DNA of 29,414 nucleotides. It comes from an uncultured archaeon. Its GTDB lineage: Archaea; Asgardarchaeota; Lokiarchaeia; Sigyniarchaeales; SOKP01. The stretch covers positions 1-29,414 of the forward strand of contig CAYLZE010000040.1 of assembly GCA_964388035.1 (NCBI GenBank), given 5' to 3'. Below the pieces are notes generated by a model that made no database searches, was not told where the DNA came from, and was given only the letters and a program-made list of their open reading frames with translations. The position numbers were made by a program, and so were the translations under genes. The stretch's first letter is position 1. Every line of letters begins with the position of its first letter. Below, one piece after another: positions 26,208-29,414 of this stretch.

Positions 26208-26481
26208 ATGTATCTTAATATTTACGGCTTTTTATAATTTTTTCTAAAGAAAAATATGATTAATTGCTCATTATACTAATAAATACCTCCCTATTAGAAT
26301 ACTTTAATTCTAATTAAAATCACGTCTCTTTAAGTATATTAACGCGCTTGATTTAATGTTATTAAATACTCAATCAGATTAGGATAAAAGAAATTTAATA
26401 AAGAAAATGAACAACCTCATTCATTTGGCTGGCAAGGCGTAATTCTCTTACATTTTCCTGTTCACATGAATAGATCGCATT

Positions 26482-27579
26482 TTATACCTTGCGATAAAAT
26501 GGAGTAGGAACTACTTTGGCTTTTAATAATTTTTGACGAATTTCAATCTCAATTTCTGTACCTATTTTGCTAAATTCTTTTTTTATCAGCGCTAAGCCAA
26601 TCGTTTTTTCCAGGGTCGGAGAATATCCACCTGAAGTGACATATCCAATTTCCGCTCCATTCTTGAATAATTTATAATTTTCACGAATAATACCTTTATC
26701 CAATAAATTTAATCCTACTAATATTCTCGATGTACCCTCAGATTTTTGGTGCAATAATACTTCTTTTCCTAAGTAGTCGATCCCTTTCTTTTCTTTTACG
26801 ACCCATCCGATATTTGCTTCGACTGGAGTGATGGAATCACTAATTTCGTGTCCATATAGGGAATAACAAGCTTCTAATCGAAGGGTATCCCTGGCTCCTA
26901 ATCCAATGGGGCTTGCTCCCGTTTCAAGTAAGAGATCCCAAGCTGCTGCAATCCATTTGGATTCGATAGAGAGTTCAAAGCCTTGTTCACCGGTATAACC
27001 AGTACGGGCCAAAAAAATTGGCATTTTTTTTAAATTACATTTGATGAATTCAAATCTGTGCAATTTGGAAATGTCTATGTCGATGAGAGGTTGTAACAAC
27101 TCATCACTTTTCGGTCCTTGAAAAGCCATTCGTGAATGTTCTTCGGAAATATCCTTTATTTTAACATCGTAATTTTTAGCGTGAGAAGATGTCCATTTAA
27201 AATCCTTTTCCCTGTTACTTGCATTCACTATTATTCTAAATATATTAGGAGCTTCTTCATAATATATGTTATCATCCACCACCGTACCATTTTCATAACA
27301 CATACACGAATACTGACTTTTATTTACATCTAACAAGCCCACATCGTTACACATGAGATATTGTAAAAGATCGATAACTCTGGACCCTTCAAGAATAAAT
27401 TCGCCCATGTGAGAAATATCAAATACCCCGGCATGCGATCGTACCGTCAAGTGTTCTTTTATTATACTTTCATACTGAACGGGCATTAGCCATCCCGCAA
27501 AATCAATCAACCGTGCGCCTAAAGTAACGTGTTTTTCATATAAAGGGGTTTTTTTTGGCTGATTTTTCGGATTATTCAA
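26482..27579 (-). CDS. gcvT: Glycine cleavage system aminomethyltransferase T
   Basis: KTPLY..H, FAGWLMPVQY, FDISHMG, RTGYTGEQGFE, GLGARDTLRLEA, LYGHE, VTSG..SPTL, PFY. TTG start. Confidence 0.96.
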   Translation of the reverse strand: MNNPKNQPKKTPLYEKHVTLGARLIDFAGWLMPVQYESIIKEHLTVRSHAGVFDISHMGEFILEGSRVIDLLQYLMCNDVGLLDVNKSQYSCMCYENGTVVDDNIYYEEAPNIFRIIVNASNREKDFKWTSSHAKNYDVKIKDISEEHSRMAFQGPKSDELLQPLIDIDISKLHRFEFIKCNLKKMPIFLARTGYTGEQGFELSIESKWIAAAWDLLLETGASPIGLGARDTLRLEACYSLYGHEISDSITPVEANIGWVVKEKKGIDYLGKEVLLHQKSEGTSRILVGLNLLDKGIIRENYKLFKNGAEIGYVTSGGYSPTLEKTIGLALIKKEFSKIGTEIEIEIRQKLLKAKVVPTPFYRKV

Positions 27580-27858
27580 ATCGAATCATCTCTCATTCTA
27601 TTTTGTACTGAGGAAAAAAAGTGTAAGTAATTTAAATATTTACGTCTTTTTATATCTCTTTTTAAAATAAAGGTTTGCTTATTTATAAATTGTCGAAATA
27701 AGATATCCTTTATTAGGATGCATTTCTAAATGACTCTTTAATGACAAATCCAAAAGAATTCCAAGATATTTCAATGATATCATGTTAAATTGTATTTGAA
27801 GAATGAAAATTATGAGTTTTTAAGGCAACAAAATTTATATAAGTATAATTCAGTATAA

Positions 27859-28779
27859 ATGAGAAAAATCATGTTTTCAACCAGAATCACGCAAATTTTA
27901 GGAATAAAATATCCCATTTTATTAGCTCCCATGGGATTGATTTCAAAACCCCCTCTTGTTGCAGCGGTTTCAAATGCAGGAGGTTTGGGAATCTTATCAG
28001 CAGCTTTTCTTAATGCTAACTCAATGCGTGAACAAATTAAACTCACGCGAGAATTGACTGATAAACCATTTGGAGTAAACATTCCGCTGGCAATTTCGAG
28101 CGTGAATAGTATTTTAAAAGTTCTATTAGAAGAAGAAATTAAGATCATATTTACAGCAGCCGGAAGTCCTTCAAAAGTACTTCCAAAACTGGAAAATAAA
28201 GACATAATTACCATGCATCTGGTTCCCACGGCGAGAATTGCCAAGAAAGTAGAAATAATGGGTGTCGACATACTCGTGGCGCAGGGCTCGGAGGCAGGAG
28301 GCATCATTTTAAAAGATGGACCCACCACCATGGTATTAATTCCTCAAGTAACTCAAGCGGTAAAAATTCCCGTAGTGGCTGCAGGGGGAATTGCAACGGG
28401 AAGAGGATTCGTGGCGGCAAGAGCATTGGGAGCGGAAGGAGTCCTCATGGGTACGAGGTTTCTTTGTTCCCAGGAATCGCCCATAAGTATTCAATATAAA
28501 GATGCAGTCATCGCTTCCATTGATGATGATACGATGCCCTTGAGCATGGGCAAGATAACCTCCAGAGTTTGGAAAAATAAACTCGTTATTGAATCAGGAG
28601 GCAGCATGGATCCCGCCAAAGCTACCTTATTAAGTAAACCCGATGATATTAAGGACCCTGAGAAATCTCTATTTGTTATGGGGATGTCAAGTGGATTAGT
28701 AAAAGATATTCTTCCTGTTAATCAGATCATGCAAAATATCATTAAAGAAGCAGAAAATACGATAAACAATTTGAAATAA
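27859..28779 (+). CDS. Nitronate monooxygenase / FabK-like FMN-dependent TIM-barrel oxidoreductase
   Basis: LGIKYPI..APM, AAVSNAGGLG, TDKPFGVN, QGSEAGG, IPVVAAGGI..GRG...A.ALGAEGV.MGTRF. The His that usually follows EAGG is Ile here. Confidence 0.9.
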   Translation: MRKIMFSTRITQILGIKYPILLAPMGLISKPPLVAAVSNAGGLGILSAAFLNANSMREQIKLTRELTDKPFGVNIPLAISSVNSILKVLLEEEIKIIFTAAGSPSKVLPKLENKDIITMHLVPTARIAKKVEIMGVDILVAQGSEAGGIILKDGPTTMVLIPQVTQAVKIPVVAAGGIATGRGFVAARALGAEGVLMGTRFLCSQESPISIQYKDAVIASIDDDTMPLSMGKITSRVWKNKLVIESGGSMDPAKATLLSKPDDIKDPEKSLFVMGMSSGLVKDILPVNQIMQNIIKEAENTINNLK

Positions 28780-29006
28780 TCTTAGGATCTAGAAGATTAA
28801 TATTCTCATAATTAAAGAGAGAGCTACAAGCTGATTTAAAGCAAAGAAATTTTTAATAAATAATAAGTGCAAATTGAAAATCCAAATTGTTTTAATGATT
28901 TACTAAAAATAATAATTAAGGATTTTTTTTTATAGAAGTATTAAATAGTCAGAAGAATTAATAATTTTAATAGTTTATAAAAAAAATATTTTAATTAAAG
29001 GTTAAT

Positions 29007-29234
29007 ATGGAAATTGAAGAGAGAATTGAAATCGATCCCGAGATCTGCCATGGTGCTCCAAGAATAAAAGGAACGAGAATCATGATTTCAATTATCCTAG
29101 AATGGTTGGAAGCAGGGGAATCATTTGATGCTATTATAGAGGCATTTCCTCAATTGAGCAGAGAGGATATTTCTGCAACAGTTAGATATGCTCGAAAATT
29201 AATAGAGAATGAGAAAATTGAAGTCATCCCATAA
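29007..29234 (+). CDS. DUF433-family putative antitoxin
   Basis: IEIDPEICHGAPRIKGTRI...ILEWL..G.S...I...FPQL..EDI.A...YA signature. Confidence 0.9.
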   Translation: MEIEERIEIDPEICHGAPRIKGTRIMISIILEWLEAGESFDAIIEAFPQLSREDISATVRYARKLIENEKIEVIP

Positions 29235-29414
29235 CCTAAAATTTTTATTAGATGAGAATGTATCACATAATCTTAAAAAACTCTTAGAGTAAAGAAATTA
29301 CGAAGTAAATTCAATACAAGATTTAAAGAAATCTAGTATAAAAAATAGCAAATTATTACAACTAGCAAGAGAAGAAGAAAGAATTCTAATTACTTGCGAT
29401 AAGGATTTTCTATC
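29209..29414 (+). pseudogene. DUF5615 PIN-like putative toxin with an in-frame TAA, running off the window end
   Basis: My translation is MRKLKSSHNLKFLLDENVSHNLKKLLE*RNYEVNSIQDLKKSSIKNSKLLQLAREEERILITCDKDFL. It has the FLLDEN and R.L.T.D.DF motifs, with TAA at 29290-29292. It overlaps the 3' end of the DUF433 gene and is missing from the ORF track. Confidence 0.8.

Noticed and set aside
26208-26481. Glycine riboswitch or ncRNA between gcvT and gcvH
   Set aside because: The region is very AT-rich, with no glycine-aptamer consensus or convincing stems.
14761-28331. Nested ORFs 14761-15042, 15351-15551, 16863-17087, 17202-17399, 18790-19059, 22127-22318, 22760-23086, 27136-27333 and 27810-28331
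   Set aside because: They overlap confident genes on the opposite strand or in another frame. Their hydrophobic appearance reflects the reverse complement of A-rich codons.
29290-29292. Recoding (Sec/Pyl or alternative code) of the toxin's internal stop
   Set aside because: The codon is TAA, not TGA or TAG, and TAA is the usual terminator for other genes in this window.
1-29414. CRISPR array, rRNA or tRNA genes
   Set aside because: No regularly spaced repeats or GC-rich structured RNA segments were seen in any intergenic region.

Overview
This is an AT-rich archaeal window, most consistent with Asgard archaea (Lokiarchaeia-like). That call is an inference from protein families and GGTGA-type ribosome-binding sites. 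Positions ~1-23,350 form a dense DNA recombination and repair cluster. It holds a RadA recombinase with an extra C-terminal HhH domain, a stand-alone topoisomerase-type Zn-ribbon protein, a Hef/FANCM-like helicase with an apparently dead ERCC4 domain, a Hel308/Ski2-like helicase carrying a SWIM Zn finger, and an XPD/Rad3 Fe-S helicase. These genes surround a membrane-protein operon whose 1275-aa core has two tandem [TM hairpin + soluble domain] repeats and a HerA/VirB4-like ATPase domain with degenerate Walker A and B motifs. Two short pilin-like hydrophobic hairpin ORFs lie at the left edge, and a 1605-aa cell-surface protein sits opposite radA. My main hypothesis is an undescribed Asgard DNA uptake/exchange system coupled to homologous recombination, analogous to Ced/Ted or competence loci. 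The right part is ordinary: MFS transporter, gcvH, gcvT, a nitronate monooxygenase/FabK-like enzyme, and a DUF433-DUF5615 toxin-antitoxin pair whose toxin has an in-frame stop. I saw no rRNA, tRNA, CRISPR array, integrase or transposase. All family assignments come from reading motifs by eye; no searches were run.
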